Part shown: positions 13,668-25,868 of the stretch, piece after piece
Numbering within the stretch: position 1 is the first letter of the stretch
Layout of the letters: every line of letters begins with the position of its first letter
Assembly: GCF_964355755.1 (NCBI RefSeq)
Contig: NC_092673.1
Location: forward strand, 25,417,648 to 25,481,647
Direction: 5' to 3'
Origin: Antedon mediterranea
Lineage: Eukaryota; Animalia; Echinodermata
Length of the DNA: 64,000 nt
Program-made: the position numbers and the translations under genes
Notes under the pieces: model-generated
Seen by the model: only the letters and a program-made list of their open reading frames with translations
What the model was told of the DNA's origin: nothing
The model's database searches: none

Positions 13668-13890
13668 TCCCTTTTGTTCATATTTTTACCATTAAAAAAG
13701 TCATAACAATTGAAAATGAATGTTACAGATAGTGAAATATAATTGTCAATAATATCAACATTTGGGAGAGAATATAATCGCGTCCCTTTTGTTCATATTT
13801 TTACCATTAAAAAAGTCATAACAATTATGAAAATGAATGTTATACAGATAGTGAAATAGAATTGTCAATAATATCAACATTTGGGAGAGA
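13668..13890. repeat. Tandem duplication, ~115-bp period, 2 copies
   Basis: TCCCTTTTGTTCATATTTTTACC...CAACATTTGGGAGAGA occurs twice. Confidence 0.85.
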
Positions 13891-14128
13891 TTCGATGGCG
13901 CAAGCGCAATGCGCTCTAATGAATATGACAGATATGACAAAAGTGATTACAAGTTTACTATTCTTTGTTATGGGATTGATTTTTATATTGCAAAGAAAAC
14001 TTTGATATACATTGAGGGCTCACTGCAAAAATTCGAGAATTGAAAAGGTAAATTTTTGTTTACACATACAGTAGGCATATTGCGTTGTTGTTTTTTTTTT
14101 TTTCAGTTTGATACAATACAGGTTTTGT

Positions 14129-17100
14129 ATGGCTACTAAAGGGACGGAAGTTGTCCTATTGTCCACTCTCCAATATAGGAAGGAAACATTTGAACGCCGT
14201 GAAACAGTAAAACAAGTGAGTATTAAAATTTATGTAGGCCTACTTCTAAAATTATATAACACAAGTTTAGTGGTTTAAAAACCACCTTGTTTTAATTATG
14301 TTTTGTTAATTTAGCATATTGTTTACATTCAGTTGAATTTAAACATGACTGTTATTGTGTTATCACCTACTTAACAAAAGAGCATTAACATCGTTAACAA
14401 CATTTGGAGGCAGGCTAATGAGTTCAATAGTTTGAGACCTGTTATCTGATCCTCTTGGTTAAAGCCAAGAATCAGCTAACATCGTCTTGTAACTAGACTA
14501 ACTGTTAGATTTTATTGTATATTAATTACATAATATTTAATTTTAGCCGGAAGAAAAAGTACAAGCAGTACTGCTGAACAATGGAAATATATCAACCACA
14601 TTCAAAAGTTGTCCTAGTAGTGGTTCATCAATTTCTCTGTGCGAGAGCGAGTGCATTTCGATCTCTAAACAGCAGGGAAATAGTTACACATTGTATATTG
14701 ATAATTCAGAATTTCAAATTCAGCTTTCATCCTCGAAAAAAGCTTTGATGAACCAATGGTATGACACTGTAGTTGAAGTTTTGAACAATTTAGGTTTCAC
14801 CTTTGCGATGGAGTATGATCCTAAAATCAATCGCAAAGTTGCACTACTTAAACAAATTAAACCAAAATATTCAAAGTTGAAGAAAAAACTGACGAAAACA
14901 CTAAGTGATCCAACATCTGGCATGACTTCTTATAAGGTAAGTCGATTTCAAATTTAGATGAAATAATTAAAATGTTATGCCTAAAAATACATACCATAAA
15001 TAGGCCTAAATAATGTGGTAACACGAACATACTGTTAATTGTATAGACATTTACTGCTAAAGCGTGGTTCCCACTAGAACGCAACGCAGCGACGTATCGA
15101 CGCAAGGTGCTGTATTGCGTAATCACAAGTGTGAAGAGACGATGCACTAGTAGTGCTGCAAACGTCGTAGGTTTAATTTCACGCAGGCGGGTGAAAACAC
15201 AATTATTGGAAGGGCATTGGGACACAAGTAGAGGGGGAAGGAAAGGTGTGGAAATGTTCAATCTCAAGATATATCTACATCCATTTTTTTACAGGCCAGT
15301 TATTCAACAATACCACCCAGTGATATACACAGTCCTGAGTATCAGTATGGCATTTACAGACACCTACCAAACACACCGTCAAACAAATACCAAAATGAAG
15401 AAACAGATTTTGAGGTATACGAGCCAATTTGTGATAAAACAACACAAAACAATATATATGGAACCGACAATGAATACCTTGACATAGTAGAGGGTAAAAA
15501 CCTGGAGCAGTTTAATTATCAACCAGATGCATATGTCACAGCAGAACATGGAAATGTTTGTAATAAAGCTGCAGATGTGGGTGAAAGAGTTGGTAATGTT
15601 GGAAAGCGTACGAAAAAGCTGAATCAGCAAGTCAAGCAAAGAGTACAAGTTTCAATTGATAAGAAGAAACTAGACAGCAGAAAAATAATTCTGTCAATGT
15701 TGCCTGGTAACTGCTTTTTGTAAGTTCCATTCTCCTAGTCCATTTGTTGGCGGAACGTCTATCAATTCTGCTGAATATAATTATTTTTCTGTTTAAAAAA
15801 ATTAATTAAAACTAAAACAAATAACAAACGTTCAAGACAAAAGAAATTGATTAATATTATATATCAATCAATACCAAGTGAACTGTCGGTTTCTATGGTC
15901 TCTCTAGCCTAGAGTTTCTCTTTAGACATCCAAGCAACAACGGTAGCCCAAATCGTTTTATAAAAGCAGATTGACCACATACATCACCAAGAGTGGTTCA
16001 ATAATATAATATTGTATGACAGAACTTTCAATTTCTATTTTTGTTTGTCAAATATAGCATTGCATCGGTGGACCCTTCGCTTAAACATGACTTGTATGAA
16101 GGTGACATGGTGATGACCATCAACAACCAACGTATAGACTCCGTTGAAGAAGCCATGAAATATATACAGAAAACAGATAAGGGATCGGTAAAGTTCATAA
16201 CTATCAATATAAAAAAATATTACTTAATCATTACAACTTCCACACAACTATTAATTGACTGAAAAATTTGATTATACCACGAGATGTATGTAGCTGCTAC
16301 AGTATTACGTATTAAGGTTGGTTCCCACTAGCAAACGACGCAACGTAAAAAAATGCCTTTTTATACTATAACAAAAAAGAAAAAGAAATGTTAATTTTAA
16401 TTTATTCGTTCTTTATAGGTAGAGATGGAACTTATTCGACTTCCTTACGCTGAGATTGTGACTATTCATCGACCAGAATTTAAAGTGAACCTTGGATTCA
16501 AACTAGATAAACGGAAGGTTGGTCTTAGATTTGTAAAGGATAAGAAAGATAAAGACTACAACATATATTAACCTATAGTTTAGTTACGAGGTCTACCTGT
16601 ATACATACGCAAATGTTAAGGATTTCTACATCTATGCACAACATTATCAATTGTAGGTTGAAAGTGTAGAAGAAGGTGGACTGGCAGGAGTTGCAGGTTT
16701 GCGAAAACAAACAATGAAGGCGACTCAATTTGGTGGAACGACTAGTAATTGCATAACATTCATAAACGAATACCCTCTTGACCGACACTGCACTCCAGCA
16801 CAAGTAAGTATATTAACATCCACTCACAGATGTAAGCCTACACAATATTGTGGTAAAAGTAAACCTAGTCATCGCCAAATTTGACAATAATTCATGAAGA
16901 TAAATCCTCAAAAAACATAACACTAAATCATGTATAAAAATACTATGTTCATGTTAGTAACCGTTTGATAATTACTGTAAAGCTCTGTCTCCACTATCAA
17001 ACTTTATGTGACAACAAAAATGTGATGTGCCCATAATATGGACAGCCTCGTGAATAAAAATACTGAAAGATGAGGGCGTATCAATTTGATCTCTGGTGCG

Positions 17101-17779
17101 CGTGCGTACAACTGAGGACTATAGTGCTGTTCCGCCGTACCACGCCGAGAATGTTAAAGAGTCGCTATCCAATCGAGTTCGAACAATACCATGAAAGCCC
17201 CAGTGGTCTAATGGTTAGGACATCTGCATATCAAGCAGGCGGTCCGAGTTCGAGTCTCGGTTGGGGCGACTTTTTCTCATTCTCACAGATTTCCTCATCT
17301 TTATCGTTTCAAATTAATTAATTAAATTTCAGTATATCACCGGGCGGTTTAGAATTAATGTTCTGTGCCTGATTTGTTTATATATATATATATATATATA
17401 ATTTTGAACGATAAAGATGAGGAAATCTGTGAGAATGAGAAAAAGTCGCCCCAACCGAGACTCGAACTCGGACCGCCTGCTTGATATGCAGATGTCCTAA
17501 CCATTAGACCACTGGGGCTTTCATGGTATTGTTCGAACTCGATTGGATATATTGGATATATATATATAATACTATACTATCGTGTCGTATCGTATTTTGG
17601 CACATCACATTTTTTGTCACATAAAGTTAATAGTGTAGACAGTACTTAACGTTGTTTTCTGTTTTGTATTACAGACCGATATGTTGTTAATAGAAGATCG
17701 TGGTGTCGTTACTCTTGTTGTGCAACCTCTTGATTTAATAAAGTATCTTGAACAAGCAGTCGATTCGACAGAAGAATAG
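14129..17779 (+). CDS. PH-like / Tyr-rich / syntenin-like tandem-PDZ adaptor protein, paralogue 2 (~460 aa, 7 coding exons; start exon less certain)
   Basis: Exons 14129-14215, 14547-14936, 15295-15719, 16058-16187, 16419-16517, 16657-16803, 17675-17779 are in frame. Motifs: ALMNQWYDTVVEVL (PH helix); YRHL, YQNE, YEPI, YLDI; LYEGDMVMTINNQ...IRLPYAEIVTI...NLGF...VVTLVVQPLDLI. PDZ intron positions and the 99-nt exon match paralogue 1. Confidence 0.8.
15061..15215. mobile_element. MITE family A, partial copy
   Basis: AGCGTGGTTCCCACTAGAACGCAACGC left end; the body matches 34081-34278. Confidence 0.7.
17197..17268 (+). tRNA. tRNA-like gene (anticodon ATC, Asp/Glu-like body), probably repeat-borne
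   Basis: Hand-folded 72-nt cloverleaf: acceptor GCCCCAG/TTGGGGC, D arm GTCT/GGAC, anticodon stem TCTGC/GCAGG with loop ATATCAA, T arm CCGAG/CTCGG with loop TTCGAGT. A TTTTT terminator follows directly. Confidence 0.6.
17447..17518 (-). tRNA. Identical inverted copy of the tRNA-like gene (anticodon ATC)
   Basis: Exact reverse complement of 17197-17268, within arms 17166-17308 / 17407-17549. Confidence 0.6.
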
Positions 17780-17955
17780 AAAGTATCGTCAATGTGTATA
17801 ATACTGTATTATGTAAATTATGCTGATAATGGATACTATAGTTTATCCATATTTAAAAATGACATACCTTTTCCAGCTAAGAATACCTAACTTAATAATC
17901 CAGAAACAGTTCTGTATATTACTTCGTTAACTTGAAATCGTTGTTGGTGGTAGTT

Positions 17956-18086
17956 AACAAGGCCATATACATGGCTGCAGTCGCGTGCTCAAATTTGAGT
18001 TAGTGTTTACCGACAGGCCGACCAACCGACCGACCAAACCGACCGACATAGTAAGTTGTAGAGTCGCGTTTGCATGCAACTAAAAA
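17956..18086 (+). mobile_element. Short HINE-like element, family H1
   Basis: Same termini and (GACC)n core as 10479-10611. Confidence 0.75.
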
Positions 18087-18785
18087 GAAAATATCTGCAT
18101 GATGTGTACTTGGAAGCAAAATGGACGGTTAATTAATTAATTTTTTAACAGTATTATGATAATAATTAAATATTAAATACCATATGTTCTTTCCGTAATA
18201 CGCATTCCTATAAAGTACGTAAGTTGCATTTTTGTTTCATCTTTTAATTCATACATAAACAATTATTAATGGGTTTTGTTAAATGCTGGATCGTTAGTTT
18301 ACAGACTTTTTTTTCTGGTAAAGAGATATTAGGCATAATTATGTATGATGTATTTTTTTCTGAACGCAATAGGCCATAATGACTTACTAGCTAATATTAT
18401 GCACAGTGCTGTTTTATACATTTCTGTGGAAATAAATTGAAATTCTTGTAATTTGAGTGGAATTAAAGGATCCTATTGCATATTTTCTTGTAGTTTCTCT
18501 TTCTATCTCTTTTTGAAGAAAAAGCTAAGAGTAGCGTGAGACATCATCAAGTCAACACAACGTTTATTGCGCCCTCTTGTATCAGACTGCAAAACAATAT
18601 CGAAGCCAAGAGTTATGGATTAGTAATTTTGGGTACGGTTATTTACTATAATCCTTGGTCTGTGATTTAGAATTGTAGGTATTTTTTATTACACCAGAGC
18701 CAAAGCAGTTGATTAATAATAGTGTATATATAGTTAACTTATTATTTATTCACATTTTTGTATATTTTTCTTCATGTCTATTTAG

Positions 18786-21700
18786 GCATATGTAAATTTA
18801 AAGCTGTAGAGGAGCAGTAAGACAAGTGAGTATTTTGCAGTACTGCAGTAGGCCTACAGCAGTCCTACTCCGAAAATGTGTGAATCATTAATAAATAGTT
18901 GTTTAAAAGAAACATCAATGCTTGTCGGACTACTTATGTATACCTATAATAGGCTACCGGTACTAACTTGCTTCATTTCAGACCCCATGTGCTACAACCC
19001 ACCAAATAACGAAAAAACCTCTATATCTATCCCGCGAGATTATTTACAATCAGTGGTCCTACGCTGGTAGGACCCTTCACAAAGCATCATGCAATTAATT
19101 TAGTTCATACATTTTGTATGAAATAGGTCTTTCAAACTATTTTATTTGATTTAATTTCAGCCAAAAGAAGAGGTCACTGTAATATTGTTGGACAATGGAC
19201 ATCTTTCAATCACTCCTAAAAGTGGTCTTAGTGGTCCATCAATCTCTCTGTGTGACAGTGAGTGTATTTCGCTCGAGTCAGGTGTAGTACTTATTGAATA
19301 TCAAGATTCTAAAATACATCTGTCATCCCCCAAAAAGATTTTGATGAACAACTGGTATGACACGGCTGTCGAAGTTTTGAACAATTTAGGTTTCAACTTT
19401 CCAATGCAGTATGATCATAAGAATAATCGCAAAGTAGCACAACATAAACAAATTAAACCAAAACAATCTTCAAAACAACCAAAGAGAAAACTTTCAAAGG
19501 TATGTAAACATTCCTTTACACAACAAACCCTCCCCCCCCCCCCTCTATTTTTTAAAAACATAATCCTAGCATGAATATTTATACATATTATTGAAGAGGA
19601 GGGGAAATACCTTTGCATGATTGTTATTATAGAATGTGCGTATGTACAAGGAGTTTGACTGATATATTGAAATTATTGTGTTAAAAACCACTGAGATGGA
19701 AGAATCAACACGTTTCAGTATAAAGGGTTTTGTGTGAAATAATCTAGACTGCTTAACCTCATATTGTATTTAGCCAACAAATTTCGTTTGTTTTGTTTTG
19801 TTTTTCTTTTTTAAGGCGCTTTTTTGTTGTTTGTTATTATTTATCATAAGAAAAATAAAATGAAACTAGTATGTAGGCCTATTCGTGTTTTTCAGGATAT
19901 TAATCAAGCAGCATCCAGTGATGGTAATGCATATTATAATTTTGGCCCACTACCAAATATACCGACAAAAAAACCAGACGAGATAGATGATCTGTTCGGC
20001 TCCTATGAATACGAAGCAATCAGCGAATATTCTGAGCATCCCGAAGAAAGATATGAACCCATCGATGAATATCAACAAGAAGATGTTATCCATACAGATT
20101 CCAGAACAAAATTGATTCAGCAGGTCAAGCAGAAAATCAAAATTTCAATCGAAAAGAAGAAACTAGATGGAAAAATAACTCTGTCAATGAAGAAAAATAG
20201 ACACATTTTGTAAGTATCATTTATTTTTCCAAGAATAAAAAATAGCACTAACAAAACAAATATTGCGAGTGGCGGATCACACATTAAACGGACAATAAAC
20301 ACAAATCATGTTATAATAGCACTAAGTCAAAATGTGTTCCTCTATCTCCTCTTAAACCGCAAGTCCAATACTAGCGCCGGGCACCTTTTATTTCTCTTTA
20401 TCCATTAGTCTATATTAGAACGGTAATTTGTACAAAAAATTTGGTTTTAGACCAATTTCTTTGCAACAATCCTCGGCCGTTTCCCCGCTAGTAAAATCTA
20501 TTGAGCATGCAATATACAATTTAAGAGCACCACACGGGCAGCATGTCATCGTCGAGCGAGCATGCAATTGGCGACCATGTTGAATTATTTTTTTTAAATG
20601 GAAAAATATTCTCAGCTCATGTTCCCATTATTTATTAAAAAATACATAAGAAAATATAATACATCAATCAAAGTACAATATTTGTGAACAGGGAAAACAA
20701 CTTTCTGTCTTCTCTAAGACTACACAGATTCTCCAAACAATTGTGGAACAACTTATATGATTGGTTAAGTTTTTGTTTTAAAATAGTATCGCATCGTTGG
20801 ATCCTTCACTTAGACACAACTTGTATGAAGGCGATATGGTGTTGACAATCAACAACCAACATATAGACTCCGTTGAAGAAGCCATTAATATATACAGAGA
20901 ACATGTATAGCAGTGGTAAAATTACTAATTATTAATTTATAAAAATACTGTATTTCCTTTGTATTATTATTATAGTAGTATTATAAGCAGTGTGACAGAG
21001 ACTAAAATCTTACGCCGTAAACATTTTTGTTTTTACGATCCAATTGAAGTGTGTGCGCAAATATGTACAAGATTGGGTAAATGTTAAAATATGCTTTAAT
21101 CTATTATAACAATAGGCCTGCTAGTTTTAAATAAGGTATTTCAATATAGGTTGAGATGGACATCATTCGACTTCCTTACGCAGAGATTGTGCCTATCTAT
21201 CGAAAAGAAACTAATATGCATCTTGGTTTCAAACTGGTAAAACGAAAGGTGAGGGTTTACCTTTATCAGGATTTATTAAAACGAAAATACACTTCGGCCA
21301 ACAAAAAATAAACTGTTTTTTAAATTGAAAATGTATATTTGTTATATTAGAGCTTTATAGCTAAGACAGGAAAACAAATCTGTGCCAGGAAAAAAATGTA
21401 GGGACTACTGGAGTGTATTTTAGAATTTTCTAAAACGAGGCACAACTATGATCGTAGGCAATTCTTAATTTCACCAACTGCAGGTTGAAAGTGTAGAAGA
21501 GGATGGACTGGCTGGAGTTTCAGGTTTGCGAAAACAGACAATGAAGGCGACTGAATTTGGTGAAACAACAATTAACTGTGTAACAGCCGTAAACGATTAC
21601 CCTCTTGGTCGACACGACACAGTGAGTAGTCTCAATAAAAAATGTCGCAAATTTGAAATAATAGAATAATTGAATTTTGGAAAAATGTTTTTTTTTTATG

Positions 21701-21824
21701 TTTTGTATTACAGATCGATGACTTGATAAAAAACTTTAAGTTCATTACTCTTATTGTACAGCCTTATGATTTGATTGAGTCCCTAGAAAAAGCAGCAGAC
21801 AATTGGACAGACTATAGAAAGTAA
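18786..21824 (+). pseudogene. PH-like / tandem-PDZ adaptor paralogue 3, frameshifted (close duplicate of paralogue 2)
   Basis: Exons 19161-19499, 19896-20209, 20787-20915, 21150-21248, 21484-21621, 21714-21824 align to paralogue 2. The PDZ1 exon is 129 nt versus 130 nt (1-bp deletion near 20887), giving TAG at 20908-20910. The upstream exon 18786-18825 has in-frame TAA stops. Confidence 0.75.
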
Positions 21825-24800
21825 ATTGTTCTACAGCTGCCTCAATGTGAAATTGTGTGGTTTAAAAACAACTTACGAACAACGTTTTGAAAACCGGTGA
21901 TTCTATGATACAAACATTACTGAAGCAGATAAGAATTTCTAACCTAATATAACTAGAGCTTAGAATTTTCAGTAGATGTTTATTCATGACGTCACAAAAG
22001 TAACACGATAATTTGTGTATGGAATCTTCATTTGTTGCCATCAATAAAAAAAAAAGATTGTGTACGGTCGGGTCTATAAACGTAATGTTTATTATATTGT
22101 TGAAAGTTGACTTGTTTGTACTAAACAGCAATTCGAACGTATCGATCAGATAACGTGTATAGCGCCCCCGCATTGTGGTATTGAACTCTAGTTGGTAAGT
22201 AGTATGTTAGATAGATTGGTACGGATTAGGTATTTTGAATTATATAAGCCGTATATTAATGTGTCGTATTGCCTAAATATAAATAATTTGTGTAACAGTA
22301 ACTTTATTTTCAAAACAGTAATTTTATTTCTATTTAATTAAAATGTAGTTATATTTTTTAAAACAGTAATTATATTTTAAAAACAGTAATTAGTTTAAGT
22401 GTCTTACATTTATTTTCAGCAATTTTTTTATTTTAATAAATGAATAAAATTAAATAAAACAGCACCAGGTATGAGTTTAATTAAAAATTGTAAAACTAAA
22501 AGAAATGAATTTATGACAACGGACAAAAGTTACACTTTGTATTTTCCGAACGTGTAATGCTAGACGAATTAGCTCATGTGAAATAAAATTCAGAGACACA
22601 AATTGATCTCACACACCTGGCATTTCCATTTTCCTCCCAATAAAAACACATAGTTCTGATCCCCAACAACCCCCTTTCTTCTCTCTTCACTATATTGATA
22701 TAATACAAAAACACATACCTCATGATTTCTTGATGGAAACATTATTTTTCTTTTAAAATATAAATATTTACATTGTTGTAGCTGAAATAAAATAGTAAAT
22801 AAAATGTAAATACGATTTCAATTTCAACAGAAACACAATTTCCACAGAAAACACAATTTCCAGGCCCATTAAGGCTTGTAAAAGCAACTAAATTATATAG
22901 GCAATTTTATCAAACTGCATAGCTTTTGTTTTCTTGATGGCAGAATACAGTCTTTAAAGATAGAATGTCATTTTAGATGTAAAATAAAATAATTAATAAA
23001 TCAATTAATAATAATATTAATATCTAAAAATGTATTTTCAAGAATCAAATAAAAATCAGTTTCAAAGGTCTGGTAATATTAGGACGACAACGAACTGCGA
23101 TAAACTAAGCTATACTTTAGATAATTGTTTCCAAAATCGTGAAAAAATAAGATTTATAAAATCAGATTTTGACTAGTTAGGCATTTTGTAGTTTTAATAA
23201 AGTTAACCACTTCCGTAGAAAAAACAAACGGTAAACATTAATATTTTCACATTAATTAAAAAAGGACGGGATTTTTTAAATAACTAAACATTAATATTAT
23301 TATTTAAATTATTGTTAGTTAAATATGTTATTTCTATTTAATTTTGTTCAACTTAATAATTGTTTCTTGGTAGGCCTAATGCATTTTCAGCTTGGAATTA
23401 ATGAAGGGCAGGATATATTTAAGATGACCATAATCCAGAATACAAATCATCACCAAGATTTTAAAAGCCTAAACTCTAAAGTGCACAGACTCATTCGTTT
23501 TACAATCTTCTTGATTGAAAACGAAACTAATCTTAAAATTTAAGTAATAACTGGGTTGTCTCCAGAAGAAATAGCAAGCGCATTAATAGATTTATGCTTA
23601 CAGTAAATAATACAACATCAAACAAGGTCCCTTATACATCATTATTAGGTTGTGTAAACATTTATTTTTTCAGATACATGTAATGGATTTTTGGCTAATT
23701 AGTATATTGTAAAACGTATTATTTAAAGAACATGAACGAGGTGTTTGAATTTGTTTATGTTCACCGCGTTAGATGTGGTAAAAAAAGGGGGAAGATGATG
23801 ACATGTTTTTCTTAGTTGAAGGTCAAATATTTAATCAAACATATCGAATGTATTTCAATTTTAATTTATTTCAGAAGAAAAAACTCTAGAAATTCCTGAA
23901 TTATGTATAAACACCATAAAAACATTTTCCCACCAAGGGGCTAGATCTATGTCATTTTTATAGATTTTTTGTCACCATTAATTTATCAAGTTATTCATCC
24001 ATTTATCCAAACTTTGTATATTTTTATTCATCATTCGGAACAGGTTATGTCTCACCAAAAAAAAGTTAAAAATAACAATATCTTTAGTTTCACCATAAGT
24101 ATTAGTTCATAACAGTTTTTGACGAATTCTTGGAGTACAGAAAAATCCATTTTGGTCCGGTTTCGGGGGCCTGTTATTGTTTATAAAATATTTACTTGAA
24201 TAATGATACATTAATCTTTATTCAATGTGTTTAATGTTGTAATCAGAATCTTAATTATATTAAAATTAATTTTGTTATTGAATGAAATCTTTTTTGTACA
24301 GCAATCCTCTTTAATTTGTAACCGATTTCTCAGATTCGCGGTAATATAAGAGAATGTCTTAATAACGTTAATAGACAGTGATTTAAGTCGATTGAAGTGG
24401 TGATTTAATAACATGACAACAGTTAGTAAACGTCTGTTTGCGTGGATTTCAAGATGTAGTTGTTTCTGTCTTTTCTTAATTGGGCATTGGTTATCTAAAT
24501 GCAATTACAAATAACATGATTTTTGTACCAGACGCCAGGTTACAATAATTAGCCTATAAAATCAGGATAGGTATTTCTTTTTCTTCTTCCACCCAATACA
24601 TGGGCATATGGCCCTAATACAAAATATAATGATTATAACTTCATTAATTAATTTTCCTAAATTATGAGTTTGTGATAAAAGGTAATAAACATATCTTGTT
24701 AATAGAAGGATGAATTCATATATGAATAATTGTTTTGTTTCTTAAATAAAAATCGGCAGAAAATGTGTAAATATCACTCAATGCACATGCATTAGTAAGG

Positions 24801-25278
24801 CGATCAATCTAAACATTCATTCAACATTTTATTTTGTTTGTTCATCTACAATACTGTATTCATACGTGGGTATAGTGCTTCACAAACCAACAATAGGCTA
24901 TTTCAGTATTCTCTTGTGGGCTATGTTCTTATCTAAAGGGGAAATATTAGGCTGGGGAAACATTAGGCTGGGGAAACATTAGGCTTAGGAACTTGTTGAG
25001 AAAATGCTATTTACAAATGACTGTCGTAATCAGACCTAATAATCAGAATATAATACGTGATCGAATGGATGTAATCCGGTAACTATACCGGCAATTATAA
25101 TTGTTCCACATGGGCATTACTACTCCACAGTATTATTGTTTATATATATATATATAAATCCAAAGGCAAATTACTGAAAAAATGACAATGCTGTGGGTAT
25201 CAGTGGCTGGATCTCAATGGAGATACAAAAAAAAGCGAAAAGCTAAATCAAAACGATAAAGTAAACAGCCAGAAAAGT

Positions 25279-25319
25279 TAGCAGAGCTTTCGGGCAACAC
25301 TAGCCCTTCATCAGTGCAA
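25279..25319 (-). ncRNA. Minimal type I hammerhead ribozyme, copy 1
   Basis: The minus strand reads UUGCA-CUGAUGA-A-GGGC-UAGUGUU-GCCC-GAAA-GC-UC|UGCUA: conserved core, 4-bp stem II, palindromic AGCU in place of stem III, and short stem I GCA/UGC. Confidence 0.75.
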
Positions 25320-25484
25320 GTGAGGGAATTTGGATAAATATATATATATATATATATATAAATCCAAAGGCAAATTACTGAACAAAATGACAATGCTATG
25401 GGTATCAGTGGCTGGATCTCAATGGAGATACAAAAAAAAAGCGAAAAGCTAAATCAAAACGATAAAGTAAACAGCCAGAAAAGT

Positions 25485-25521
25485 TAGCAGAGCTTTCGGG
25501 CAACACTAGCCCTTCATCAGT
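25485..25521 (-). ncRNA. Minimal hammerhead ribozyme, copy 2 (5' strand of stem I truncated by TA tract)
   Basis: Identical CUGAUGAAGGGCUAGUGUUGCCCGAAAGCUCUGC, 206 nt from copy 1. Confidence 0.65.
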
Positions 25522-25868
25522 TATATAAATATATATATATTCATGTTCATTTATTTTCAATTTAAATCTGTATTTCTTTAATAATTATAGGCGGGACTGT
25601 TTGAATGTCATACAATGTACAACGCAGTGGTTTTCCTAAATTAAATGGAATCACGTTGCCATAATAAATATAAGAACTGATTTGATACAAGAACCAAAAT
25701 ACCTGCAGGCAAACTATTTCATTTTGCCGTCACTCATGCTAATTATTTATAAGAAACGTCCATAAACTTGTTTGATTAGGATTCTTAGTACTCTTAAAAC
25801 AATTTCTAAAAATAATGTTAGGCCTGCTACAATAACAATGATGATGAAAAATTATGATTTGAACTTAA

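Larger units (their letters stand above)
16981..17647. mobile_element. MITE family B copy interrupted by a tRNA-like inverted-repeat insertion
   Basis: Ends AGCTCTGTCTCCACTATCAAAC and GTTAATAGTGTAGACAGTACT with TAA on both flanks. The interior ~17045-17570 is foreign sequence. Confidence 0.7.
25141..25540 (-). mobile_element. Tandem 206-bp units in (TA)n microsatellites, each with a hammerhead ribozyme; Penelope-like pLTR remnant or non-LTR retrozyme
   Basis: Two near-identical units (AATCCAAAGGCAAATTACTG...GCCCTTCATCAGT) are separated and flanked by (TA)n. Confidence 0.75.
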
